Shown here in pieces: positions 26,363 to 36,075 of a stretch of DNA of 64,000 nt. The notes below the pieces were generated by a model. That model saw nothing but the letters and a program-made list of their open reading frames with translations. It had not been told where the DNA came from and did not search any database. This stretch comes from a virus. Within the stretch, counting starts at the first letter, position 1; the number at the start of each line of letters is the position of its first letter. The position numbers and the translations under genes are program-made. The stretch is from the IMG/VR virus record IMGVR_UViG_3300048080_000333. One strand, 5' to 3'.

Positions 26363-28462
26363 ATGCGAAAGTTTCAGTCCAGGGTCGTAGACGCGACGAA
26401 TGCCCTCATCAGCGCCGCCCAGGTGACGGTCTATAAGGTGGGTACGACGACCCTTGCCTCTCTGTTCTCGGGCGAGGGAAGCGTTGCGTTGGCGAACCCG
26501 TTCAAGTCCGACCACCTCGGCGTCTTCGAATTCTACGTCGAGAACGGGGATTACGATATCGACGTGCAGGACCCTGTTACCGGGTTCGCGCGCCGGTTCG
26601 CCGACATCACGATTTTTGATGCGAACGTCATGGCGTCCGGCGACATGGCTGGAAACGCGCGGGTGGGTGTCCGCGTACAGTCCGGTGGCTCGACGATCAA
26701 ACGTCGGCGTATCAACCTGATTTCTGGTGGAAACATCAGCCTGTCCATAGCCGACGATTCGGTCAACGAGGAAGTGGACGTTACCATCGACTCAATCGGT
26801 GGTGGTGCCCCAACTGGTTCCCCGTACGTCGTTATGGCCTTGGACGGCACCTTGACAGCGGAGAGACGGTTGTTCTCCGGCGACAACATCAAGATCACCG
26901 ATGCCGGAGCGAATGCAGATGTCACGTTGGAAGCCCTCGTCGCCGTTCGGAAGCAGTCGGCGGCTGCGGCTTTCCGCCGGAAGCATCTGAACCTCATTTC
27001 GGGAAGCAACATTAGTCTGACCGTCACCGACGACCCCGGTAACGACGAAGTCGATGTCACTATTGACTCTGTGGGTGGTGGTGCCCCGACCGGCTCCCAG
27101 TACGTTGTCATGGCCCTCGATGGGACATTGACGGCCGAGCGTCGTCTCTTTTCTGGGGACAACATTAGACTGACGGATGGCGGGGCCAATGCTGATGCGG
27201 TCCTGGAATCTCTCGTAGCCGTCCGGAAGCAGTCCGCGACTGCCGCGTTCCGTAGGAAGCATTTGAACCTGATCTCGGGAAGCGGTGTCGCCATCACGGT
27301 AGCGGACGACTCGCCGAATGATGAGGTCGATGCGACATTTGCGCTGGCCAATCCGGTCGATGTCGCGGATCTCGCCGTCCTCAAGTCCGGGGCCTCGATG
27401 CAGGGACGGTTGTTGCTGGCGTCGGGCGACGCAGCACTCCCCGGTCTGGGATTTGTGGACGATCCCGATACTGGATGGTTTCGTCCCTCAATCGACGCGA
27501 TGGGTGTTGCAACGGGGGGTGTGGAACGGATAAGACTTGCTTCTGGTGGCAATATCGGCATTGGAACAGCGAGTCCTGCTGCACAAGTACATATTAGGCG
27601 GGATGCCACAGGAATAACTGCAATCGTTGAAAATGCTTTAGCGGGGACTACAACGGCAGCCGGACTGTCATTGAAAAATGACACGGGTAACACTACCGAT
27701 TTTATTTTGGCGTCTTCTATTAGAACCGCGTATGGAATCTTGACCTCCAATAGTGCGGGTTTCTACACCACTCTAGCCGCTGGTCTCATGTTTATGGCCG
27801 ATGTGGTTGGGGGAAGAATTCGCTTTGCTGCGGGAGGACCATCCGAGGTTGTAGGGTTTGATGTGGGCGGATTCTATCTGGTTGAAGGAAAGTCCGTTCG
27901 ATGGGGGGCCGGCGCTCGCCCACTTATCAAAAACAGCGGCGGTACTCTTATCCTGGATGCGGCGTCAGACGGCGATATCGTCCTCCAAAGTGAGGGGACC
28001 GAAATCGCGCGCTTCAAGGGTCAGCGGAGCCAATTCAAGCAGGCGATGGCTCGTGTCAGAATGAGTGCGAACCAACTGATCTCCGACAATTTGGCCCAGT
28101 TCGTGGCCTGGGATACAGAAGAATTTGATACTGACGGGCTGCACGTCACAACGACGCCGTTCAACTCTAGGCTTACTGCACCCGTCACGGGGAAATATGA
28201 GGCCACGGCCAATATCTGGTGGACGGCGAACGCGGCGGGCTACCGTGAGTTGTTTTTGATGGTCAATAGGACGACGACGTATGGCGCGGTGCGAATCATC
28301 GGAATAGGCTCTGTAAACCATCCTATGAGTCTCACTACATTGATGTCGCTTGCCGCCGGCGACTATGTCGAGGCACAGGTACTCCAGAGCACTGGGGCTG
28401 GTGGATTGAACATTCTCAATGTACCAAGCAACGCTTTGATGATGCACTACATTGGTGAATAG
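26363..28462 (+). CDS. Tail fibre / receptor-binding protein with 92-aa repeats and a C1q-like C-terminal domain
   Basis: N-terminal Ig-like 'VTVYKVGT..LASLF...NPF..D..G.FEFY'; 'GNIGIGTASP' fibre motif; C-terminal 'FVAWDTEEFDT.........LTAPVTGKYE.......L.AGDYVE' is C1q/TNF-like. Confidence 0.8.
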   Translation: MRKFQSRVVDATNALISAAQVTVYKVGTTTLASLFSGEGSVALANPFKSDHLGVFEFYVENGDYDIDVQDPVTGFARRFADITIFDANVMASGDMAGNARVGVRVQSGGSTIKRRRINLISGGNISLSIADDSVNEEVDVTIDSIGGGAPTGSPYVVMALDGTLTAERRLFSGDNIKITDAGANADVTLEALVAVRKQSAAAAFRRKHLNLISGSNISLTVTDDPGNDEVDVTIDSVGGGAPTGSQYVVMALDGTLTAERRLFSGDNIRLTDGGANADAVLESLVAVRKQSATAAFRRKHLNLISGSGVAITVADDSPNDEVDATFALANPVDVADLAVLKSGASMQGRLLLASGDAALPGLGFVDDPDTGWFRPSIDAMGVATGGVERIRLASGGNIGIGTASPAAQVHIRRDATGITAIVENALAGTTTAAGLSLKNDTGNTTDFILASSIRTAYGILTSNSAGFYTTLAAGLMFMADVVGGRIRFAAGGPSEVVGFDVGGFYLVEGKSVRWGAGARPLIKNSGGTLILDAASDGDIVLQSEGTEIARFKGQRSQFKQAMARVRMSANQLISDNLAQFVAWDTEEFDTDGLHVTTTPFNSRLTAPVTGKYEATANIWWTANAAGYRELFLMVNRTTTYGAVRIIGIGSVNHPMSLTTLMSLAAGDYVEAQVLQSTGAGGLNILNVPSNALMMHYIGE
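26699..27330 (+). repeat. 276-bp (92-aa) tandem repeat, about 2.3 copies, inside the tail fibre
   Basis: Units start at 26699, 26975, 27251; 'GGGAPTGS.YVVMALDGTLTAERRLFSGDNI' is nearly identical in protein, with many synonymous differences in DNA. Confidence 0.9.
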
Positions 28463-28465
28463 GGC

Positions 28466-29131
28466 GTGGCTGACTACACCGATCTGTTTACCCGAGCCGA
28501 TAATGCCAGCCTTGGGTCTCCATGGGTTGAAACCGAAGCACCCAACGCGAACGCTTTCCAAATTCTGACCAATGCGCTGTATCAGCGCACACGGGCGTGG
28601 CGCGGCTTCATCTACTACAACGATGTTGTCGGGGCTGACCAGAAGTCTAAACTGACATTCGAAAGTATCGTGGGCTCGCCGTTTGGTGGTCCGGCTGTTC
28701 GAATCGACCCAGCCGGGACTGCGGCGTCCTTCACTGGCTATGTGGCGCGTTACAGTGGTGCAGTCATTAGCCTTCGTAAATACAACGCCGAAACGCTGGA
28801 CGATACGGCAACCGGAACGGAGATCGGCTCCTACACCGTGACCCTGATAGCAGGAGACACGGTGGAAATCAAAGCAGTTGGGACCACGATTTCGGTACTG
28901 GTCAACGATGTTGTTCAGATTAGCGTGACCGACACTCTGATCGCGGATGGGGAGATGAGCGTCGCGTCCATCGGCGCGGGTGCTGTAGGGAACGATTTTA
29001 CTTGGAGCGCGTGGGCTGGTGGCGATGTCAGTGCGCCCCCTCCGCCCCCGCCCGCAGTTCCCCAGGGAACCCGAGGCGTACTCTTCGGAGACCGTGCCTT
29101 AGTGTTTGGCACCAAGGCCTGTCTTGCCTAA
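28466..29131 (+). CDS. Beta-sandwich (lectin/ConA-like) virion protein with a Pro-rich linker
   Basis: 'DLFTRADNASLG..W' start; 'AGDTVEIKAVGTTISVLVN'; PPPPPP near the C-terminus. Confidence 0.55.
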   Translation: MADYTDLFTRADNASLGSPWVETEAPNANAFQILTNALYQRTRAWRGFIYYNDVVGADQKSKLTFESIVGSPFGGPAVRIDPAGTAASFTGYVARYSGAVISLRKYNAETLDDTATGTEIGSYTVTLIAGDTVEIKAVGTTISVLVNDVVQISVTDTLIADGEMSVASIGAGAVGNDFTWSAWAGGDVSAPPPPPPAVPQGTRGVLFGDRALVFGTKACLA

Positions 29132-29134
29132 TCT

Positions 29135-30964
29135 ATGCTGATTCTTAAGGCCCTCGACTGGTCGTATGACTCGGACCTCGCCTCCCCGCCGGCCCGCTGG
29201 GATTGTACGTTCCTGGAGTCGGGCGCGACAGCATATCTCCCGGGCGAAGCGATACCGAAGTCGCCCTATGAGCGTGCCGCTATCGACGTGACGGTCGATG
29301 GGGCGACGCAGCGGCTTGTCGTTGGCGTTGTACGGGAATGGGGCCTAGCCGAAACTCCCGAGGGACTTCGGACGCGGGCAGAGGGTATCGACCTCAAGGC
29401 AGTTCTCCTCGACTTCAAACCCACATCCCCCAAGGTCTACAAAGGCATGTCCATCGCGTCGGATTCGACGGCAGCCGTCGGGTCGATCAACCGTCACGTT
29501 TTGGGCTCGAATTCGGAGGGCGCAGACATTGTCGCCGACTTCTTCCACACGTTCCAGAGCGTGGTCGGCGATGTGGTGAAGGCCGCCGGTGGAACGCCGA
29601 TGTTCGACGGCTACGACTATTACGTCGCCCAAGAGATCAACTGGGAAACGGAGCAGTCGGCCAACGATGTCCTCCAGCAACTCCTCTCCCCCTTCAACGC
29701 CACGGAGCGGTTCAAGATCGACGTGTTCTTCGAGCCAAACAACGTGGTATGGTTCCGGGAGCGGGGGCGCTACACACCGGAGTCGGTCGAGGTGGACTAC
29801 AAGAGGCTCCGGCAACGCGATGTCCGTCGATCCGATTACCCGTCGTTCAACGACGTCCAGGTGCTCGGGACGACCTACACGCACTTGGAGCCAGACCGCC
29901 CCAGCGGTGACACGCCTATCCCTGGGTTGGCCTTCATACGTCCCTATACCAAGGAGTACACCAAGATTGAACGAGAGGCCATCGCCGGCTTGACGACGGC
30001 AAACCTTTCTGGCGCGCTCTATGTGGTTATCGCGACGACGCACGGTATTCAATACTACGATATTGCCGGTCGGATGTTTCGCGAAGTGACAAGTAAGGTG
30101 TATTCCAACTATGTGCTGCGCGACAAAACAACGGGAGAGTTTAAGGAAACACGCGCCAGTTACAAGCGAGAATCCACCGACGCACAGTACGAATTCAAAG
30201 GCCCACACGACGAAGAAACACGCGAGGTTAAAATTGAGCACGTTCGCGACACCACGGACTATTACCAGTGGGATGATGGGGTGTTCTCGTTCGTCGGCTT
30301 CACCAACTTCGATCAAGTCACTTACCACAGCGAAACAGTGTTGGAGTATGATGCCGACGGAGAAGTGATCCGCTCGCACCAAAAAATCCATCGTGCCCCA
30401 CAACCAGATCCATCGACGACTATTGGACCGCAGTCGGCCGCGCTGCTTGTCGAGCGGGATGTAGAACAATTCTGGTTCTGGTCTGGGGGTCAGCGTCTGC
30501 GGACCACGACCACGCGAAACTACAGTCGGAATTCGTCGGCGCTTTCTGTACCTACTGCCGTCAGTAGCCACACCGAGCCGTCGCCCGGGAAGGGGCGTCC
30601 GAGCGTGGGGACGTCCACAACAACGCCCGACATCCGGACATCACAGCGCGGCGGGTTCAGGACGGTGACCGCGCAGGTGAAGGCTGGACCCGACAATGCT
30701 CAACTCAAGTACAGTTTCCCTATGTTGGGTCGGCAGGAAGACTGCGAGTATGTCCGTGGGAAGATCATCACGGAGCGCCAGTCCACCCGCTACGAGGCCA
30801 CGCTCTCGCTGTACCCCAATCTTGGCGTGATTGAAGGGAAAGACCTCACGGTCGCCGGAGCCCCGGCGCGTTGGGAAACCACATCGTTTTACCTTGTCGC
30901 CCGGACCATGAGACACGACCCCGACCTGATGGACATGACGGTTCGAGGCCTCGCCTGGCTTTAG
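29135..30964 (+). CDS. Baseplate hub / Tal-like tail tip protein
   Basis: 609 aa; 'GIDLKAVLLD', 'NDVQVLG', C-terminal 'YLVARTMRHD...MTVRG' are hub-protein-like. Confidence 0.6.
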   Translation: MLILKALDWSYDSDLASPPARWDCTFLESGATAYLPGEAIPKSPYERAAIDVTVDGATQRLVVGVVREWGLAETPEGLRTRAEGIDLKAVLLDFKPTSPKVYKGMSIASDSTAAVGSINRHVLGSNSEGADIVADFFHTFQSVVGDVVKAAGGTPMFDGYDYYVAQEINWETEQSANDVLQQLLSPFNATERFKIDVFFEPNNVVWFRERGRYTPESVEVDYKRLRQRDVRRSDYPSFNDVQVLGTTYTHLEPDRPSGDTPIPGLAFIRPYTKEYTKIEREAIAGLTTANLSGALYVVIATTHGIQYYDIAGRMFREVTSKVYSNYVLRDKTTGEFKETRASYKRESTDAQYEFKGPHDEETREVKIEHVRDTTDYYQWDDGVFSFVGFTNFDQVTYHSETVLEYDADGEVIRSHQKIHRAPQPDPSTTIGPQSAALLVERDVEQFWFWSGGQRLRTTTTRNYSRNSSALSVPTAVSSHTEPSPGKGRPSVGTSTTTPDIRTSQRGGFRTVTAQVKAGPDNAQLKYSFPMLGRQEDCEYVRGKIITERQSTRYEATLSLYPNLGVIEGKDLTVAGAPARWETTSFYLVARTMRHDPDLMDMTVRGLAWL

Positions 30965-30974
30965 AGGTGTCACA

Positions 30975-31184
30975 ATGTTGAGAGAACTTGCCAAGAGGCT
31001 CGCGTTACAGGCGCCGGTTCGGCGGACAGGCCGTATCACGGCCGTGAATAGTAACGGGACCTACGATCTTGACGTTTTGGGTACGCGCTTTTCCGGAGTC
31101 GGCAGCCTGCTCGGAGCCGATTACCGCGTTGGGCAAGAAGTGGCCGTCTCACAGGTGGGCGGGCGTCTGGTGCTTGAGGAATGA
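30975..31184 (+). CDS. Small OB-fold-like tail protein
   Basis: 'RTGRITAVNSNGTYDL.....YRVGQEVAV'; RBS GAGG. Confidence 0.55.
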   Translation: MLRELAKRLALQAPVRRTGRITAVNSNGTYDLDVLGTRFSGVGSLLGADYRVGQEVAVSQVGGRLVLEE

Positions 31185-32581
31185 GTATCGGCTCTCAGCG
31201 GATCAGGAATTTTAGCGCGGTTATCGAGGATCCACCGTCGCTCCCCGCAGGAATTCCTTTGTGGGGGCAGAACACAAGTACAAACACGATTTTGGGTTGG
31301 GATGAGAACGGTGCGAAAGTTCGGGAAGCACCGTGGCCAGATGCCAGTCCGCCGAAGTTCTTCATCGAGTCCAAGGACGGCTTTTTGTATTCTGTTCACA
31401 GCCCGAATACAATCAAACGGTGGAAGGTAACGAGTTCTAACGTGATCTCTGCTCTGACGGTTCTCACGACGAGTGCCGCTCCCGCCGGGTATGGGTTTGC
31501 CGCGGGTTTCGAGCAACGGAACATGATGATCGGACCAGATGGTCGGGTCTACTGCCGAGTGATCGAGGAGAACATCGGTCTTCGGCACAAGTGGTTCCGG
31601 CTTGTATCGGGAACGCCGTGGACCCTAGCCGAAGAAGTGCTGAACACGATAGCCGTCGATGATTGGTTGCACTTTATCATAAATTTGACCCAAACCGGGT
31701 GGTACGGAACACGGCTTCACTCCTCTGCTTACGTCGGCGACCCGGAGGCCGAAGAAGGTAGCCGTTTCTTCTGGGAGAGCATCCTCAAGTCTGGTCGATG
31801 GGTGGCGGCGGACGGGATTCCTCTCAACACTGGCACAGTCGCGGGTGGAGGCGGTATCGCGGGCTACAAAGAAGTCATGGGGCCAGAAAGTCAGGACCTG
31901 TGTCTGATCGGGAACTTTGACTTTCCCTGTACGGGGGGCGACTATACCTCTGTGACTGTTCGAGTATGGGGTGACGCCTGGTGGGAGCGGATCTCTGGGG
32001 TGTGGCAGAATGTTGTGAATGGTGGACTAACGGTGTCGGCGGCAAAAGATATGGCACCTAACCTGTTCTTCGCTCTCACACAGAGTCCTAATCCACCTTC
32101 GACCTTCGCATCAACTCGTATCACGCATGGCGCCGGGAATCGACTACCTATGCTTCGATTCAAGCAGAACTTATATGGAGTATCGCCGTACGATAACGAT
32201 GTCCCGTACCAAGGTCTCGTCTTGATGCGCGCGGACGCTACGCACGTTTACATTTTTCTCAGAGGAGCCGACGATACTGATGGCGTCTACCGGCAGGGAG
32301 GGATTTATCAGGCGCCGATTCCGGCTACGGGACAAGCACCCGGTCCCTGGACCAAAATCCTCACCGAGCCCGATTTCAATGCGAGCCCACAGGTACAGTG
32401 GCAAGATTTTGACCTGACAGACAAATTCCTCTGGCTCACAGAAGTCCAGTTCGGCGGAGGCGGCGGCGCTCGATTGGTTCGCTACAATAAGAGTGGAACT
32501 GATCGAGTTGTGAAGCAGACGTATACAGGCTACAACTTTGCTCTAAACCTACAGACGGGATGGAACCATCGGTGGAAGTAA
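31181..32581 (+). CDS. Putative beta-propeller tail / receptor-binding protein
   Basis: 466 aa rich in Trp/Tyr/Gly with repeated 4-strand-like units; last large gene of the tail module. Confidence 0.55.
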   Translation: MSIGSQRIRNFSAVIEDPPSLPAGIPLWGQNTSTNTILGWDENGAKVREAPWPDASPPKFFIESKDGFLYSVHSPNTIKRWKVTSSNVISALTVLTTSAAPAGYGFAAGFEQRNMMIGPDGRVYCRVIEENIGLRHKWFRLVSGTPWTLAEEVLNTIAVDDWLHFIINLTQTGWYGTRLHSSAYVGDPEAEEGSRFFWESILKSGRWVAADGIPLNTGTVAGGGGIAGYKEVMGPESQDLCLIGNFDFPCTGGDYTSVTVRVWGDAWWERISGVWQNVVNGGLTVSAAKDMAPNLFFALTQSPNPPSTFASTRITHGAGNRLPMLRFKQNLYGVSPYDNDVPYQGLVLMRADATHVYIFLRGADDTDGVYRQGGIYQAPIPATGQAPGPWTKILTEPDFNASPQVQWQDFDLTDKFLWLTEVQFGGGGGARLVRYNKSGTDRVVKQTYTGYNFALNLQTGWNHRWK

Positions 32582-32742
32582 CCGCGGAGTGTCTTGTGTG
32601 CAGACTGTTGGATAACCGAAACGTGCCGGCGGACACTCACTGCAGGCCCTGTGGTGCCTGGATGTGCTCGTCTTGTAGCAAGGATTGGCCGCGCCGCATT
32701 CGAGCGGCCGGGATGCGACTGTCAGAAAGCATAACCCGATGA
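32560..32742 (+). CDS. Small Cys-rich zinc-finger protein
   Basis: CLVC...HCRPCG.WMCSSC. Confidence 0.55.
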   Translation: MEPSVEVTAECLVCRLLDNRNVPADTHCRPCGAWMCSSCSKDWPRRIRAAGMRLSESITR

Positions 32743-32987
32743 TAAATCGCGATGTGCTACGAAAACGAATCACCCAATCCCTATTCGGGGTCATTTGGGA
32801 CGATCTCTTTCCGGCGGGACGGGATGTACGAAGTGGACTCGCGCATGGATTCGGGCGAGCAGCCGACATTCTACGGGGACACAAGATGTCGATAACAGCG
32901 ATTGAGCGTGAAGAAGCGGCGCTGAGACGGTCGGAGGAACTGAGGAAAGCGTGGCGGAAGCGGATGGCCGAGAGGCGAGGCGGATGA
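32739..32987 (+). CDS. Hypothetical protein
   Basis: ATGA overlaps at both ends; basic helical C-terminus. Confidence 0.55.
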   Translation: MINRDVLRKRITQSLFGVIWDDLFPAGRDVRSGLAHGFGRAADILRGHKMSITAIEREEAALRRSEELRKAWRKRMAERRGG

Positions 32988-33343
32988 AGACCTGGCTTCT
33001 GCCCCGGTTAGCGTCTCTTGCCGATGCCGTGCTCAAGTTGCTTGCTGACCTGACGGCGACCCGAAATATCATCGCACTCGGGACTCTGTATCTAATCGGC
33101 CGGGCATTTTGGCGGGGCGTCGAACTGGCTGAAACCTCGTCCGACGTGACCGGGCTCTTGAATGCGATGTCCAATATCACCCTGGCTGCCTTCGCCGTAT
33201 GGGTAGGGGGCAAAGCCATGGCAAAGGGGCAACAGACATGGGAATCTTTGACCGCATCCGCAGCATCGTTGCTCGCCCCACAGGACAGACCGCCGCAGGA
33301 GGAGCCGTGGCGAACGCAGGAGCCGAATGGCCCGCTCGGCTAA
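32984..33343 (+). CDS. Holin candidate
   Basis: Two hydrophobic segments, charged C-terminus, directly upstream of the endolysin. Confidence 0.55.
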   Translation: MKTWLLPRLASLADAVLKLLADLTATRNIIALGTLYLIGRAFWRGVELAETSSDVTGLLNAMSNITLAAFAVWVGGKAMAKGQQTWESLTASAASLLAPQDRPPQEEPWRTQEPNGPLG

Positions 33344-33927
33344 CGAAGCAGGATTTCGTTGACGCGGCGCTAGAGATTGGCGTCGAACCCGCCGCTCTGA
33401 GGGCCGTCGCAGACGTAGAATCCGGCGGTCGTGGTTTCCTGCCCGACGGCAGGCCGAAGATTCTGTTCGAGGGCCATGTATTCTGGCGCGAACTGCAGAA
33501 GCGTGGCATCGACCCGGTCCCGCTGGCCGTACAACACCCCACCATCGTTTACAAGACATGGACGAGGCAACACTACTTCGGCGGCGCCAAGGAGTATGTT
33601 CGCTACGAGACGGCCAAAGCGATCAATGCGGAGGCAGCCATCGCGTCTACGAGTTGGGGCGTTTTCCAGATGATGGGATTCAACTATAGTGCCTGTGGGT
33701 TCATCGGAATCACGGAGTTCTTGTGGGCGCACAAGGAAAGCGAGCGCGAGCATCTCCTTGCAGTCTCCAAATGGATGAGGCATAATGGGTTGGCAAAGCG
33801 ACTCCAGGCCAAGGACTGGGAAGGGTTCGCTCGCGGGTACAACGGACCTGGCTATAAGCAGAATCGGTACGATGAGAAACTGGCTACCGCGTATGCGAAG
33901 CGCGTAGCCGAAGGGTGGAACGCATGA
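33307..33927 (+). CDS. Endolysin, N-acetylmuramidase (DUF3380-type)
   Basis: 'EPAALRAV..VESGG.GF..DGRPKILFEGHVF', 'STSWG.FQ.MGFNY', 'WE.FARGYNGPGY..N.YD.KL'. Start GTG 33307 (RBS AGGAGG) or ATG 33238. Confidence 0.92.
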   Translation: MANAGAEWPARLTKQDFVDAALEIGVEPAALRAVADVESGGRGFLPDGRPKILFEGHVFWRELQKRGIDPVPLAVQHPTIVYKTWTRQHYFGGAKEYVRYETAKAINAEAAIASTSWGVFQMMGFNYSACGFIGITEFLWAHKESEREHLLAVSKWMRHNGLAKRLQAKDWEGFARGYNGPGYKQNRYDEKLATAYAKRVAEGWNA

Positions 33928-34832
33928 GCATACAACTTAAGGTGTGGCACGCTATCCTGGCCGTGCTAGTTATCGTGGGCATGTTTGGGGGGCAGCAGTG
34001 GTACTTCGCCTCCCGGGTCGACGGTCTCCAGCGCGAACTCCAGGAGCAGCAGGCCCGCAGCATCGCAGTTGTGTCAAAAGACATCGCTCGGCAGGTCGAG
34101 CGCCTCGGCGACCGCATAGAAATTCTTGGCCGTCTGGGCGGCCAAACCACGATTGAGCGCCGGCCCGGGACCCTGGTAATCACCACACAGCCCGGTCGGG
34201 ACGGCAAGGACGGGAAAAACGCCCTCCCAGCAGCCCCAGGGCGCGACGGGCGCCCGGGAACCGACGGAAAGCCAGGGGACCCTGGCAAAACGCCTCCTGG
34301 GCCTCCTGGAGGGGTAACGCCCCCTATCGTGGATCCGGCCCGCCGAGAAGAGGCTCGAAAAGCCGCCTCTCTGACCCTTCGGGTGACCCTGGACAAGGGG
34401 GTCCTTGACCCCCGCTGCTTCTCCCCTGCCCTACCCGTCGACACGATGGAGTTCTACGTCTTCGGCGACGGGCTCGGGAGCGTGAACCCCTGTATCAAGA
34501 AGTTGGAGGCCGAAGCGAAGGTCGCCAGCACGCCTGCGCCGGCGCGCAAGCGCCTGAAGATCGTGTTGGGTTCGTCGGTCTCGGCGCCGCTACTGTTCCA
34601 GTCGCTGGCTGGTCCCGGGATTGGGCTCGCCTACGAAATCCGTTCGGCCAAGGTCTTGTTCCTCGGGACGTTTAGTCTCGATGCCCTCGCGCTCTACCGC
34701 GGGCAGACCTTCCAGATTGGGCTCGGAATCTCGCGGGACATGACACAGGTTTGGAGTCTTGGCGTCGGTCTAACGACGCCGTTGACGACACTGAACCTAT
34801 CGCCTATTTTGTACACAACCATCAGATTCTAG
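33924..34832 (+). CDS. Spanin candidate: N-terminal TM, coiled coil, collagen-like GXY segment, C-terminal amphipathic beta-strands
   Basis: ATGA overlap with the endolysin; TM 'VWHAILAVLVIVGMFGG'; 'GRDGKDGK...GRDGRPGTDGKPGDPGK'; ends 'ILYTTIRF'. Confidence 0.55.
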   Translation: MSIQLKVWHAILAVLVIVGMFGGQQWYFASRVDGLQRELQEQQARSIAVVSKDIARQVERLGDRIEILGRLGGQTTIERRPGTLVITTQPGRDGKDGKNALPAAPGRDGRPGTDGKPGDPGKTPPGPPGGVTPPIVDPARREEARKAASLTLRVTLDKGVLDPRCFSPALPVDTMEFYVFGDGLGSVNPCIKKLEAEAKVASTPAPARKRLKIVLGSSVSAPLLFQSLAGPGIGLAYEIRSAKVLFLGTFSLDALALYRGQTFQIGLGISRDMTQVWSLGVGLTTPLTTLNLSPILYTTIRF

Positions 34833-34858
34833 CCGCCGACCTTTCGGAGGAACGCAAC

Positions 34859-35479
34859 TTGCCTAAGCACATTATTTACCACGACGGCCGTACCGAAGAA
34901 TTAGAGGTCGGTCGTCCTGAAGGCCCAGAGATTCAAGCCCGCGAACACGAGGTTCTCATCGCGATTGTCCGCGCCCTCCAGCCCGCGATAGCCGTGGAGA
35001 TTGGCTCGCTCTACGGTAACTTCCTCGCTCCCCTAGCGTGGAACATGCAGCAGTGGGACGGACGTGTCTACAGCCTTGACCTCCACACAGACTGGTCGAG
35101 ACCCTACCTCGAAGCGTGGGGGCTCCTCGACCGTATTACGTTTATCGCAGGTGACAGCAAGGAAACCGTCGGACAACTTCCCAACGGCATTGGCTTCGCG
35201 TTCATCGACGGGAACCACGCCTACGAGTATGCCAAAAGCGACTACGAAGGGCTGTGGCCCAAGATGGTCGAGGGCGGTATCATCGCCTTCCACGATGTCT
35301 TCCCATCTGTAGACGCCGATGACTGGCTGAAGTTCGGTCCCTCACCAGTACGACAGTATATCCGCGACGCCCATTCCGGTGCCCTTCACATTCCTTGGGG
35401 TCAGGGCGTCAGCATCGTCCAGAAACCAGTCGCCTCTTCACTGCTCGATCCGAACTCATCTGGGAGGGCCATGGTATGA
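34859..35479 (+). CDS. Class I SAM-dependent methyltransferase (type 24-like)
   Basis: RBS GGAGG, TTG start; 'VEIGSLYG', 'YSLD', 'GDSKE', 'FAFIDGNHAYE...SDY......GG.IAFHD'. Confidence 0.88.
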   Translation: MPKHIIYHDGRTEELEVGRPEGPEIQAREHEVLIAIVRALQPAIAVEIGSLYGNFLAPLAWNMQQWDGRVYSLDLHTDWSRPYLEAWGLLDRITFIAGDSKETVGQLPNGIGFAFIDGNHAYEYAKSDYEGLWPKMVEGGIIAFHDVFPSVDADDWLKFGPSPVRQYIRDAHSGALHIPWGQGVSIVQKPVASSLLDPNSSGRAMV

Positions 35480-36066
35480 GCCACAAAGACGCTACTGACG
35501 ATGCAAAGTGGAACGAGCACGTTGCGTATCAGATGGCCCAAGAAGCGTATCTGGTTGATAAAAACGACCGGATGTGGCAGGCTCTGATGTCGGAACCGTG
35601 GTTCTCACTGCTTGACTTCGGCTGTGGATCCGGTCTGTGGTCGCGCTACCTCTACACAGAAGGAGCGCGATACGTCGGAGTGGACCGAAATCCGAACATG
35701 ATCGAGGCTGCGCGGACGCGGTGGGCATCCGAGCCCTCCAGGGCGTTTGTGCTCTGCGACGTACTTGCGGGGGAGCCACTGCCGTTTCCGAACGGTGACT
35801 TCGACGTTGCCGTGACTATCGCGGTGCTTCAACACAATGATTTGGACGAAAAGCCCAAGGTTCTCGCCGAGATTCGGCGGGTACTGCGACGCTACGGACG
35901 TTTGCTCATGTATGAAACGACCTACGGTCCCTTCAACCCCGGTCATACGGCTGAGGACAGCGATGACCACTGTCATTCTCAAGCAGGATGGCGAACCGTT
36001 GTCGAGCCACATGGTTTCGTATGCGTACGTCAGGAGCGTGATTTCCACGTTTTCCAAGCAATATGA
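35476..36066 (+). CDS. Class I SAM-dependent methyltransferase
   Basis: 'LLDFGCGSG', 'YVGVD', 'FDVAVT..VLQH', 'IRRVLRRYG'. Confidence 0.9.
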   Translation: MSHKDATDDAKWNEHVAYQMAQEAYLVDKNDRMWQALMSEPWFSLLDFGCGSGLWSRYLYTEGARYVGVDRNPNMIEAARTRWASEPSRAFVLCDVLAGEPLPFPNGDFDVAVTIAVLQHNDLDEKPKVLAEIRRVLRRYGRLLMYETTYGPFNPGHTAEDSDDHCHSQAGWRTVVEPHGFVCVRQERDFHVFQAI

Positions 36067-36075
36067 TGTAAAGAC

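Noticed and set aside
26551-27750. 399-aa minus-strand ORF
   Set aside because: Antisense shadow of the tail fibre gene; no RBS or motifs, and expected in GC-rich coding DNA.
29345-30571. 408-aa minus-strand ORF
   Set aside because: Lies fully opposite the hub protein; no recognisable domain.
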